DNA of 32,000 nt from Candidatus Iainarchaeum sp. (GCA_016205145.1 JACQJH010000001.1:330001-362000); one strand, 5' to 3'; numbered from the stretch's first letter, positions 1 through 8,590 are shown. The notes: generated from the sequence alone by a model not told the origin. Translations and numbers: made by a program.

Positions 1-1
1 T

Positions 2-1030
2 TCCGAGGTTTTCGGCAAAACGCTTGCGATTGCAACCGACTCGCATCCGAACATTCACGCCGACGCATCCGCCAAGCAGATAATTGCCGAGGGCACGCCC
101 AGGCAGATTGTCAGCGGCCAGAATGCGAAAGCTGGCATTCTCGGCAACCGCGAAACCATTTTGAGGGGCGATTCCGAAAAGAGAGTCGGCCTGCTTGAAT
201 CAATTCAATTTGAGAATGGCGTAATCATTGTGAAGCCTGAAACAAAGCAGTTGATTGTCTGGCTGAGGCACAACGAAAAAGCCGTTCTTGACCAGAAGGA
301 CGTCAGCGGTTTGAAGGCGAAATTGGAAAGCGTGAAGAATCCTTTGACGAGCTGTTCCGAGCCTGCAATAAGCCTTGAGGCACTGCCGACGCAGGGCTCC
401 GACTTAGCGGCCTTCAAGACCCAGCAGTTCAACCAGTCCATTCAGAAGCTCGGGCCGTTCCAGGTCTTTGACACCGACAAAAAGCGGTTCATTCTTTACT
501 CCAAGCTTGAGGGTGGCAAATGCGTTGACTATTTCAAGGTAATTGACAAGGCAACGGGCGAGGTCTATGAGTCGCCCATATCTTCGATTACGCAGACGCC
601 GGACGGCGTGCAGATACAGACTGCGGACGGCCAGACGCACTCACTCGGCTTTTCCGCGGAAAACGGCATTCCGAAAGTTACGTTTGACGGCGGCGCGCCG
701 GAAACCCTGCTTTCCGCGACAGGCAAGAACGGCTCGTTCTATTACAATCCGGACAAGGGCTTGTGGTATCCTGAAAACGGCCAGTTCATTCCGTTGAGCG
801 ACGCGTTCAGGCAGCAGGGCGTTACGACTCAGGCCAATCCCGACGGCACGGTTTCAAGCCAGCCCGGCGGAAACGTAATGAACCTGAACATAGGCGACAA
901 GGGTTCGGGCACGCCCTTCAACCTGCCCTCATTGCCGGAATCCGCGGCAATGCAGTTTGCATTCATTGCATTGCTGCTGCTGTCATTCCTTTTCGTGCAG
1001 GCGCGTTTTTCGCGTCGCACCGGACCATAA
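2..1030 (+). CDS. 3' part of a large secreted/surface protein with a C-terminal membrane anchor; the 5' end lies outside the window
   Basis: Frame 2 has no stop from base 2 to TAA 1028-1030, and the ORF-track start at 161 is only an internal TTG. The sequence is Gly/Asn/Thr/Gln-rich and looks extracellular. It ends in LPSLPES, then a ~20-residue hydrophobic helix, then RFSRR. No catalytic motif was recognised. Confidence 0.6.
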   Translation, partial: SEVFGKTLAIATDSHPNIHADASAKQIIAEGTPRQIVSGQNAKAGILGNRETILRGDSEKRVGLLESIQFENGVIIVKPETKQLIVWLRHNEKAVLDQKDVSGLKAKLESVKNPLTSCSEPAISLEALPTQGSDLAAFKTQQFNQSIQKLGPFQVFDTDKKRFILYSKLEGGKCVDYFKVIDKATGEVYESPISSITQTPDGVQIQTADGQTHSLGFSAENGIPKVTFDGGAPETLLSATGKNGSFYYNPDKGLWYPENGQFIPLSDAFRQQGVTTQANPDGTVSSQPGGNVMNLNIGDKGSGTPFNLPSLPESAAMQFAFIALLLLSFLFVQARFSRRTGP

Positions 1031-1080
1031 GGGGGCTGACAGCAATTTTTTTAAGCCTGTCCGCCGAACCTTTTCCTTAT

Positions 1081-1473
1081 ATGCCTGCAAAACTAAAAGA
1101 GCCGCGTGCATTTGAAGGCACGGTGGTTTCGGGAATGCAGAAGGCGCAATCGTTTCTCTCCAAAGATTTTTATGCAGCAGAAATGCTTGGCTGTTTCGGC
1201 TTTTCGCCTTTTCCCGGAACGCTTAACATTCGCGCGGACGATGCGGAAGTGCAGCGCGCTATCGCCGGCGGAAAATGCGTTGAAATCGCCGGCAAACACG
1301 GGCACGGCGGCCTGAAATGCTACCGCGCCCTGCTGAATGGAACCGAGCCGTGCATTCTTGTCTTTCCCGAAAAATCGTTGCGCGGGGGCGTTGTCGAGAT
1401 AGTTTCAAAAGGGTTTCTGAGGACAAAATTTTCCTTGAAGGACGGCTCAAAAGTCAGGGTGCTCGTCGAATGA
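1081..1473 (+). CDS. ribK: Archaeal CTP-dependent riboflavin kinase (DUF120/MJ0056 family)
   Basis: 130 aa. The pattern EGTVVSG...FPGTLNI...KDGSKVRVLV matches my recollection of the archaeal RibK family. It sits directly upstream of ribC and ribH. Confidence 0.8.
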   Translation: MPAKLKEPRAFEGTVVSGMQKAQSFLSKDFYAAEMLGCFGFSPFPGTLNIRADDAEVQRAIAGGKCVEIAGKHGHGGLKCYRALLNGTEPCILVFPEKSLRGGVVEIVSKGFLRTKFSLKDGSKVRVLVE

Positions 1474-1501
1474 ACTGTTTCAATTATTCTGGGTGCATGC
1501 A

Positions 1502-1987
1502 ATGAAGCGCATAGGGATCGCGGACACGACTTTTGCAAGGGCCGACATGGGCTCTTTCTGCGAAAAAACCCTGCTTTCCGGAGCAAAGGCAATGGGAAAA
1601 AAAATTTCCATTGAACGGTATACCGTTCCCGGCATAAAGGATTTGCCGGTTGCGTGCAAAAAGCTTTTCGACGAAAAGAATTGCGACATTGTCCTTGCAT
1701 TGGGAATGGCCGGGCCGAAGCCGGTTGACAAGCAGTGCAGCCACGAAGCCTCGCTCGGCATCCAGGCGGTGCAACTGCTTTCAGGCAGGCACATTCTCGA
1801 GGTTTTCGTGCACGAAGACGAGGCAACCGGAAACGACGGACTGCTTGCAAAAATAATGGCAAACAGGACGAAAGGGCATGCAATCAACGCTTTATGGCTT
1901 TTGTTCGAGCCGCAAACAATGAGAAAAAGGGCGGGCACGGCGAGAAGGCAGGGCTTTGCCGACGAAAAACCCATCAGGCTCGAATGA
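1502..1987 (+). CDS. ribC: Archaeal-type riboflavin synthase
   Basis: MKRIGIADTTFARADMG...VPGIKDLPVACKKL...ALGMAGP...CSHEASLG...EVFVHEDEA closely parallels MJ1184-type riboflavin synthase. ATG 1502 gives a homologue-like N-terminus. An in-frame ATG at 1493 is an alternative start. Confidence 0.85.
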   Translation: MKRIGIADTTFARADMGSFCEKTLLSGAKAMGKKISIERYTVPGIKDLPVACKKLFDEKNCDIVLALGMAGPKPVDKQCSHEASLGIQAVQLLSGRHILEVFVHEDEATGNDGLLAKIMANRTKGHAINALWLLFEPQTMRKRAGTARRQGFADEKPIRLE

Positions 1988-2034
1988 TTTTTTTATTTTG
2001 TTTGTTTTTTGGTAAAAATGCGGCTGGTGTTTGG

Positions 2035-2445
2035 ATGAAAAAGATCGGCATAGTTGTTTCCGAATTCAATTCCGCAATCACTTCGAAAATGCTCGGCACT
2101 GCGCAGGCATACGCGCAAAAGCTCGGCCTCAAAGCGGAACGCGTCATAAGCGTGCCGGGCGCATTCGACATGCCCCTTGCGATAAAAGCCCTGCTTGAGC
2201 GAAGCGACATTGAAGGCGTCGCAACGCTTGGCGCGATAATCACCGGGGAAACATCCCACGATGAAATCATTGCGGCCGCGCTTGCAAAAACAATCCACGA
2301 TTTGCAGTTGGAGTTCAACAAGCCTGTTTCATTGGGCGTGTCGGGGCCGGGCATGACTGAAAAGCAGGCGAAGGAACGCGCGGAAGAATATGCAAAAAGA
2401 AGCGTTGACGCGCTCGCAAAAATGATTGCCGTGCTTGAAAAATAA
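2035..2445 (+). CDS. ribH: 6,7-dimethyl-8-ribityllumazine synthase
   Basis: ATG 2035 gives MKKIGIVVSEFN..., 136 aa, with the VPGAFDMP motif and a typical length. The ORF-track start at 1735 would overlap ribC and encodes Arg-rich junk. Confidence 0.85.
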   Translation: MKKIGIVVSEFNSAITSKMLGTAQAYAQKLGLKAERVISVPGAFDMPLAIKALLERSDIEGVATLGAIITGETSHDEIIAAALAKTIHDLQLEFNKPVSLGVSGPGMTEKQAKERAEEYAKRSVDALAKMIAVLEK

Positions 2446-2481
2446 GCATGGGGCGGGCGATTGTCCGGAAACTCCGCGGCC

Positions 2482-2498
2482 GGAAAAACTGTTTTTCC
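2482..2498. terminator. Hairpin between convergent genes (ribH and the 2521-3282 gene)
   Basis: GGAAAAA-CTG-TTTTTCC forms a 7-bp stem with a 3-nt loop and contains its own A and T runs. Flanking CCGG/CCGG could extend the stem. Confidence 0.4.
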
Positions 2499-2520
2499 CG
2501 ACCGGCAGTAAAACTGAAAC

Positions 2521-3282
2521 TCACCCTTCTTCCCTGTCCTCTTTTCCCTCATCGTGCTTTGGCGGTGGCGTCGGAACCTTTCCAAGCCTTCCGGCCCGCG
2601 CGTAAACCCTGAGTTGCTTTTCCGAAATCTTGAATGCCAGAGTGCCTTCCCTGCTTGACCTGCCCTCATTGAACGCATTTGTCATGCGGTCGTAAGTTTC
2701 AACCATTTGCGACCTGATGCTTCTGAGCTTCCTTAGCTTCCAAAACCCGGGCTTGTGGAAAAAAATCCCGATAAAATTAATGGGCAGTTTCCACGGGCTG
2801 ATGAGATAGAATTTTCCATGCTCGCTCTTTTCGGGCTTGAAAATTGTGAGCATTGGATTGAAGCCCCGCCCAAATTCCTTGATGGCTTCCCACGTAGGAT
2901 TTGACTTTTTGACCTTTGTTATCATGTCGTCTATTTTTGCAATGCTTTTCTCCTGCTGTTCTATCTGGGTGGCAAGAAGCCTCATTTGCTTTCTTGCGGT
3001 CTCCTCGTTTCTTTTCGGCGCCTCCTCGTCCCCCGCTTTCTGTTTTTCCTCAAGGATTTTTTTGCGTTCGTCCAGAGCCGCTTTCTGAAGCTCAGCATCC
3101 GCTTCTTCAAGCTCCCGATTGTAGCTTTCGGCGCTTTCAAACTTCCTGCCGAAAAAGTTGAAGTTCCTTTCTTCCGGCCTGCCTTTTTTCGGCTCGCTTT
3201 TCCTTTTTTCCGCCAAGAACCGCAGAGGCTTTTCAGCGGGCTTCCTTCTTCCAAATCTAATGCGCAATGCCATCGGATTCAC
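2521..3282 (-). CDS. Hypothetical Lys/Glu-rich coiled-coil protein
   Basis: 253-aa ORF starting 13 nt downstream of the PAC2 gene on the same strand. It has a charged helical middle region (ELEEADAELQKAALDERKKILEEKQK...) and a Pro/acidic tail. No family was recognised. Confidence 0.55.
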   Translation of the reverse strand: MNPMALRIRFGRRKPAEKPLRFLAEKRKSEPKKGRPEERNFNFFGRKFESAESYNRELEEADAELQKAALDERKKILEEKQKAGDEEAPKRNEETARKQMRLLATQIEQQEKSIAKIDDMITKVKKSNPTWEAIKEFGRGFNPMLTIFKPEKSEHGKFYLISPWKLPINFIGIFFHKPGFWKLRKLRSIRSQMVETYDRMTNAFNEGRSSREGTLAFKISEKQLRVYARAGRLGKVPTPPPKHDEGKEDREEG

Positions 3283-3294
3283 CAGTCTTTCTGT

Positions 3295-4053
3295 TCACGA
3301 GAACATCGGCGTCTGCACTGTCTTGTCCTCAAGCTTTTTTATTTCATCGCCCGTTTTTTTCATTGCGCCAAGGTGCGAGAGCAAAGCCTTCTCCGTTTCC
3401 TTCGCCTCCTTGAGCAGGGGAGCGATGTCAAGCCCCAGTCCGGACATTTCGTCAAGCTTTTTCAGCAATACCGCGGCAGCCTTGTAGTCCGCGGAAATCT
3501 GGACCCTGCCGAGAAGTGAGACTGCCTGGATGTCCTTGTCCATCAGATCAAGCATTATGAGCGCATTCACGCCGGTCGTGATGCCCTCGTTTATGATTTC
3601 AACGCCGTTTTTTTCCAGGAAATCCTTTGCCCTGGCATTCGAGGCTATGCCGTAGATTTTTTCCTTTTCCTCTTCCTCGGTCTTTATGCCGGCAAGGGAA
3701 ACCACTCTTTCAATGCCCTTGCCCTCGATCCAGTCCACGAGTTCCCTGGCAAAAATCCAGACAAGGTTCTGCGGAATGAGCTGCTCTGCAATGATCACTG
3801 CAAGCTTTTTCCTGTCGTTGACGTAAAGCCTCGACGGGTGCACGGGCCTGCCGCCGTGAATCCTGATGATCGGAACGAACGCGTTGGAATCCACGAACCC
3901 GATCTGCTCGAAATCAAGCTTTTCGACAAGGTATTTCGCGGCAATCGTGCCGACAAGGCCCATGCCGGGAAAGCCCTCAATGAGTGTATAACCTGAAAGG
4001 TTATGCTCGCCTTTTTCAACAAATTCAACCCAATACTTTTTCGATTCAGCCAA
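3295..4053 (-). CDS. PAC2-family proteasome assembly chaperone-like protein (COG1938)
   Basis: The N-terminal LIEGFPGMGLVGTIAAKYLVEKL... pattern and ~250-aa length are typical of archaeal PAC2 proteins. The start is TTG at 4053, because an in-frame stop lies 2 codons upstream. Confidence 0.75.
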   Translation of the reverse strand: MAESKKYWVEFVEKGEHNLSGYTLIEGFPGMGLVGTIAAKYLVEKLDFEQIGFVDSNAFVPIIRIHGGRPVHPSRLYVNDRKKLAVIIAEQLIPQNLVWIFARELVDWIEGKGIERVVSLAGIKTEEEEKEKIYGIASNARAKDFLEKNGVEIINEGITTGVNALIMLDLMDKDIQAVSLLGRVQISADYKAAAVLLKKLDEMSGLGLDIAPLLKEAKETEKALLSHLGAMKKTGDEIKKLEDKTVQTPMFS

Positions 4054-4108
4054 GGGAAATCACAATATAAGAAGAGTTTCAGTGTTTTTTAATTTATGTT
4101 TTTTTCGC

Positions 4109-4245
4109 CGGTTTCGTCCGGCTCGCCGTCACGTCCGGGCGCGTTTTCGACCGCGCGTGCCGAAACCAAGGCATATTGCTACGCAATATGCCGAGTATTC
4201 CATTAAAGCGTCCGGGGTTTTGCAAGGGGTGCAACCCCTGCGTTT
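4109..4245 (+). repeat. Structured intergenic repeat element, copy 1 (candidate ncRNA or hairpin-ended MITE)
   Basis: It aligns block by block with 18612-18758. Shared blocks are CGGTTTCGTCCG, GCCGTC.CGTCCGG and CGAA(A)CCAAGG. It has a 10-bp hairpin at 4170-4192 (GGCATATTGC-TAC-GCAATATGCC) and a GC hairpin at 4222-4241 (GCA-A-GGGGT-GCA-ACCCC-TGC). No credible ORF is present. Confidence 0.75.
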
Positions 4246-4315
4246 TATCCGGCTGGTCCGATGCCCATGCTCATTTCATTCGCATGGAGCTGCGCGCTGT
4301 TGCGCGTTGAGAAAC

Positions 4316-5248
4316 TCAAAAGAACATGCCTGCCGCAAAATACGCAAGAAAGCCCGCCGGAAGCATGAACGCAGCATACAAACAGCCTTTCTTCCAGTCC
4401 TTTTCCTGGAATCCGAGGAATGCGGAGGCAAGAATGGCATACTCGGCAATGTACGCCTGGCTGCCGAGAACCGCGGCGTCAAACAATTGTTTCCTCTGCT
4501 CCGCCGGAACGCCTAAGCCGAATTCCGCGAACTCCGAAAAATGCATTCCAGACACCATCGAAATTATCATGCCAAGAATGGCCGGAACTATAATTGCGCC
4601 GGCAAAAAGCAGGGTATATTTTTGGACTAAAAGGCCCGCCTGCCGTTCCCTGAAAGCGGAAGCGGTTTCAAGCAAATCCTCGGCGGTTTCCCGGAACACG
4701 GCTGACATGTCGGCGCCGCTTTCATAGCCGTGCAGCAAAAGGTTCAAAGCCCGGTCCGCGATTGCGCTGTCCGCCCTCTCCGAAAAATCCGCGAACGCCT
4801 GCGCAACGCTTTTTCCCGCGGTTATTCCTGCGGCGCATTTCCCGAACTCCTTTCCAAGCCCGCCGAATTCCTCGGAAGCGAACGCTTCAAGGGTTTTTGC
4901 CATTGGCGTTTTAGGCGGGAAAACCGATGCCTGCAAAAGCAGGTCCGGAATCATTTCCTCCATTGCCCGGCGCCTGACGCCGAACCGGTAAAGCACGGCA
5001 AACGACCTTGATGCGAGCGGCACGAAAAGCAATGCAATGCAAGCAAACAGAATGTGCCCGGCTGGAAGTTTCAGCAAAAACAGCACTCCGAAAAACGCGG
5101 CCGCAAGGCCCGCGCCTGAAAGCAGGTTTTCCGAAACAAACGATTCAAAGGTTCTGCCTTTCACGCAAAGCAGTTTTCCGCAAAACGAGCGCATTGCACG
5201 CTTTCCAAAAACGGTTTCAAAAAATTTTTCCAGCCGCAAGCATTCCAC
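4316..5248 (-). CDS. Type II secretion system F-domain membrane protein (TadC/FlaJ-half-like)
   Basis: 310 aa, polytopic. A cytoplasmic helical T2SS-F-like segment (SVAQAFADFSERADSAIADRALNLLLHGYESGADMSAVFRETAEDL) is followed by TM helices. It is the last gene of the ATPase operon. Confidence 0.6.
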   Translation of the reverse strand: MECLRLEKFFETVFGKRAMRSFCGKLLCVKGRTFESFVSENLLSGAGLAAAFFGVLFLLKLPAGHILFACIALLFVPLASRSFAVLYRFGVRRRAMEEMIPDLLLQASVFPPKTPMAKTLEAFASEEFGGLGKEFGKCAAGITAGKSVAQAFADFSERADSAIADRALNLLLHGYESGADMSAVFRETAEDLLETASAFRERQAGLLVQKYTLLFAGAIIVPAILGMIISMVSGMHFSEFAEFGLGVPAEQRKQLFDAAVLGSQAYIAEYAILASAFLGFQEKDWKKGCLYAAFMLPAGFLAYFAAGMFF

Positions 5249-5270
5249 CAGCCAGTTTTCAGTTTTCCGC

Positions 5271-6104
5271 CTATTGCATGAACGCCGGCGCCTGGCTTTT
5301 CACGAAAAGGAATACCGCCATGTCGAGCAGTGGAAAGCCCGCAATGCAGGCGAGCAAAACCTGCATCGGAGAAAACGAGACTTTCAAAAACGCGCTGCCC
5401 ACAATCACGAACACCAAGAACATTGCCGGAACAATCGCGGAGACAACGACAAAGACAAGCGACAGCATTGCAAGCTTTGCCGAAAATTCTTTCGCCTGCG
5501 CCCTCTGCCTTGACAGGATTTCCGAGGAAACGCGCCTGATTGCCCCGGCTGATTCCGCCGGAGAACCGGAATTGTACGCGAACGCAAGCTGTGCGCACGC
5601 GCGCCTGAGGCTCCTTGACGAAAACCTGTTGCCCAAATCGAACAATGCATTCCGCATGCCTTTTCCCTTATGCCTTGTCTCTGCAAGCAGCCTTGAAAAC
5701 TCCCTGGACACAATTCCATAATTCCTGTTGGAAACGTTTTCCGCGCATTTCTCGAACGCCAGGCCGAGGGACAGCTCGACGGCAAAATCGTTCAACGCGA
5801 ACGGAAGCTGGCTTTCGACAAGCTGGCTTCGCCTTTTCCCCGCCCCTGCCGGTTCGACAAAAGAAAGGAACACGAATGCCAATGCACCGGCGGCAAGCAT
5901 TGCACCCAATCCAAGCACAGCGCTTTTCAGGTACAATCCCGCCAAAAGCCACGCAAACAATCCGGCCAGCGCCGACGATTTCGCATTCCGCGCAAAAAAC
6001 GCCTTGGCATCCGGCCTCTCGTTTCCGGCCGCGAAAAGCCTTTTTTCGGTTTCAACGCAAAGCAATGCGAACCGTTTTTGCACGCCGGCATGCAGGGCTT
6101 TCAT
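5271..6104 (-). CDS. Type II secretion system F-domain membrane protein (TadB/FlaJ-half-like)
   Basis: 277 aa with TM helices flanking a helical T2SS-F-like segment. Its ATG overlaps the ATPase stop (ATGA at 6101-6104), which indicates translational coupling. Confidence 0.6.
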   Translation of the reverse strand: MKALHAGVQKRFALLCVETEKRLFAAGNERPDAKAFFARNAKSSALAGLFAWLLAGLYLKSAVLGLGAMLAAGALAFVFLSFVEPAGAGKRRSQLVESQLPFALNDFAVELSLGLAFEKCAENVSNRNYGIVSREFSRLLAETRHKGKGMRNALFDLGNRFSSRSLRRACAQLAFAYNSGSPAESAGAIRRVSSEILSRQRAQAKEFSAKLAMLSLVFVVVSAIVPAMFLVFVIVGSAFLKVSFSPMQVLLACIAGFPLLDMAVFLFVKSQAPAFMQ

Positions 6105-7558
6105 TCCAAATCATCTCCGGCTCCGATGTCTGCAGCATCCTTCACAACCGCCTTCCCTCCAAGCCCGGCTGCCTTCCTTTTGAGTGCGGCCTTCGCCCCG
6201 CCCTCCAAGCCGGCAAAACTTTTCTCCGCCTTTTCAAGAATGCCTTTTCCCCCACCGCATTTCACGAGCCGCCGCCTTGCGTAATCGAAGCCGAAAACCT
6301 TTTTCGCAGACGCCTTCCCGCCTTTCAGGCAGACCTCGCAGATTTCGGTTATGCGCCTTTCCTCCTTCACGCCGCCCGGATGAAACGAATTCCACCTGCG
6401 CTGCACTACAATCACGCCAATCGAACCCAGGTCCATTTCATTGACGCCAAGATTTTTGAGCCGGTTCAATGTTTCCTGGCCGGACTGGCCGTGAAATGTC
6501 GCATAACTTCCCCTGCCCTGTCCAGCAAGCATAGTGTCCACAAAAGCGTTCGCTTCCTCGGAATTCCGCATCTCGCCCACTATGACGCGGTCGGGCCGCA
6601 TGCGCAAAGTTTCAACTATGAGGGCATTCATTCCAAAGCCGAGCTCGGGCCTTGCGACAAGCCTCACGACGTGCCTGTGCGGAACCCTTATTTCAGGCGT
6701 CTCCTCCAGCAATGCAATCCTTTCCTGCAGGGGCACAAAATAAAACAATGCGTTCAAGGTCGTGGTTTTCCCGCTGCCGGTGTTTCCCGCCACAATGACT
6801 GACAGGTCGGTCTGCATTGCAAGCCACAAAAAAGCCATTGCCTCGGCGCTGGCAGTGCCATTCCGGCACAATTCTTCCGGAGTGAAAGGCTTCTCCCTGA
6901 ACTTTCTCACCGTAATCGAAACCCCGTTCAGGCACAACGGTTCAGCCACAACGTTCAGCCTGCAACCGTCCGGAAGATTCGCGTTCAGCCTCGGGGTTTC
7001 AAGCGTGATGCGCCTTCCGATGCCGAGAGCCATGCGGTTCGCAAGCTCCACTGCCCTCTCAGCAGTCGAAACGAAAAAATTGCATTCAAGCCATCCGAAA
7101 ACCGAGTGGAACGCCCTCACGGGATTGTTTTCTCCGGTGCCTGCCACCGCAATCTCCTCTATTTCATGGTCATTGAACAGAACATCAAGCACGCCGAATC
7201 CGAGAATGCAGCTTTTCAGGATTTCAATGTACGCATGCACCTGCTCGGAGTCGAGCGAAACAAGGTTGGCAATGCAATACTGCCTCAGGAAATCCGCAAC
7301 CGCATCGCTTTTTTCAAGCAAAGTCCTTCCGTCCAATGCATCGGCATGCGAACGGAAAAGCTCCAAAGCATCGGCCAAAAAGCCTGCTTCAAGGCAATTC
7401 AGCGGCGGCACGGACAACGCAAAATAAACCATGCTTCCATTGCGCAGCCTCAGAATCTCGCAATTTGGCCGCTTTGCAATAATCCTTTCAATGTCAAAGC
7501 ACTCCCTTGCCAGAACCTTCCAGCCAAGCCTTGCGAAAGCATTCGCCGATTCAGGCAT
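6101..7558 (-). CDS. Type II/IV secretion-family ATPase (FlaI/PilB/TadA/VirB11-like)
   Basis: Walker A AGNTGSGKTTTLNAL; LLEETPEI; RMRPDRVIVGEMRNSEEA; ATFHG. The start is placed at ATG 7558 (MPESANAF...), because the 70-codon extension to 7768 overlaps the divergent methyltransferase and runs through an AT-rich promoter-like region. Confidence 0.85.
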   Translation of the reverse strand: MPESANAFARLGWKVLARECFDIERIIAKRPNCEILRLRNGSMVYFALSVPPLNCLEAGFLADALELFRSHADALDGRTLLEKSDAVADFLRQYCIANLVSLDSEQVHAYIEILKSCILGFGVLDVLFNDHEIEEIAVAGTGENNPVRAFHSVFGWLECNFFVSTAERAVELANRMALGIGRRITLETPRLNANLPDGCRLNVVAEPLCLNGVSITVRKFREKPFTPEELCRNGTASAEAMAFLWLAMQTDLSVIVAGNTGSGKTTTLNALFYFVPLQERIALLEETPEIRVPHRHVVRLVARPELGFGMNALIVETLRMRPDRVIVGEMRNSEEANAFVDTMLAGQGRGSYATFHGQSGQETLNRLKNLGVNEMDLGSIGVIVVQRRWNSFHPGGVKEERRITEICEVCLKGGKASAKKVFGFDYARRRLVKCGGGKGILEKAEKSFAGLEGGAKAALKRKAAGLGGKAVVKDAADIGAGDDLE

Positions 7559-7669
7559 AACGAACAAAAAAAGCGGGAAACAAAAGAATAAAAGCCTTGC
7601 CAGTTTTTCGGCAGAAAACGGAATTCCTGAAAAAGTAATAAATACCGGTTTCTTCAATAGGCTTTTGTA

Positions 7670-8578
7670 ATGGCGACTAATCGGAGCGGCGGCAGGAATC
7701 CGCCGCATCAAAACCGGCGTGAACCGCTGCGTGACGGCGCACACGTCCCGGCATGGGAAAAAATCCACGATGCCGGGTTAAGAAGCCCCCAGTACCCTGA
7801 TTCGAATCCGGATTTGCTGGCTGCAAGGGAAATGCTCGCCGAAGCCATGCGGGGCAGGCAGCACCGCATGTTGCTTGACGTCGGAGCCGGCGAGGGGCGC
7901 ATCACTTCCGGCCTCCGCGGTCCGGGCATAAAAGTCATTTCGCTTGAACCCACATCCGTTCGGCAGTTGCCGCACCAGGTGCCGCAGTTTGCCGTCAGGG
8001 GCATTGCCGAGGCCCTGCCATTCGCAAAAGGCTCTTTTGACACAGTCCTCTCGGCTTATGCTCTTGAATATGCAAACCGGGAAAAAGCCGTGCGCGAAAT
8101 TAGAAGGGCGCTTGCCCCTGGCGGAAAAGCGGTTCTGTTGCTGCACAAGCCGGGCTCGGTTTATGTCAGGCAGCTTGAAGGAATCATAAGGTCAAACTCT
8201 GCAATGGTCACTTTCCTTGAACGCATTCGCGGCAACGAATATGAAACCGCTGATGCCGCGCTCTCTGATGCCGCCGCTCTCGGGACAGACGAAACCCTGG
8301 CATCACCAACGGCAAGAATGGCGTTCCGGCATTATTTTAACGAAGTAAGGGCCGGAAAGCCAAGTGCAATTGAGCGCACTGAACACAATATTAAAGGAAT
8401 CCGCGCCATAGTTTCGGCATTTGAACGCACGGTTGTGGACAACAAGCGCCTTTTCCCGAACGGGCTCGCGGTAAAATCGTATTTTGGGATTGCAGGTTTT
8501 AACGTTGCCCAGGTAAAAACCGTGCGCCTTCAAGACGGAAGGGAACTGGGCTACGCTGTGCTATTGCAAAAAAAATAA
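7670..8578 (+). CDS. Class I SAM-dependent methyltransferase with an extra C-terminal domain
   Basis: Motif I is LLDVGAGEGR. A Methyltransf_11-like segment reads LPFAKGSFDTVLSAYALEY...LAPGGKAVLL. The start is uncertain, since the Arg-rich N-terminus may not be translated. Confidence 0.7.
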   Translation: MATNRSGGRNPPHQNRREPLRDGAHVPAWEKIHDAGLRSPQYPDSNPDLLAAREMLAEAMRGRQHRMLLDVGAGEGRITSGLRGPGIKVISLEPTSVRQLPHQVPQFAVRGIAEALPFAKGSFDTVLSAYALEYANREKAVREIRRALAPGGKAVLLLHKPGSVYVRQLEGIIRSNSAMVTFLERIRGNEYETADAALSDAAALGTDETLASPTARMAFRHYFNEVRAGKPSAIERTEHNIKGIRAIVSAFERTVVDNKRLFPNGLAVKSYFGIAGFNVAQVKTVRLQDGRELGYAVLLQKK

Positions 8579-8590
8579 AAAAAGAAGAAA

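Noticed and set aside
4082-4516. ORFs that run through the two repeat copies: 4082-4516 on the plus strand, and 18498-18911, 18548-18874 and 18660-18983
   Set aside because: The translations are Arg/Cys/Pro-rich and differ between the two copies, although the DNA is homologous. Substitutions follow stem pairing rather than codon positions.
5615-6802. 395-aa plus-strand ORF, plus other plus-strand ORFs across 4326-7591
   Set aside because: They are antisense to the ATPase and T2SS-F genes. Their translations are Arg/Pro/Ser-rich junk, whereas the minus-strand frames carry Walker A and T2SS-E/F motifs.
7559-7768. 70-codon N-terminal extension of the secretion ATPase (ORF-track start at 7768)
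   Set aside because: The extension overlaps the divergent methyltransferase start, crosses an AT-rich promoter-like stretch and encodes Cys/Phe/Arg-rich sequence unlike ATPase N-termini. ATG 7558 is more plausible.
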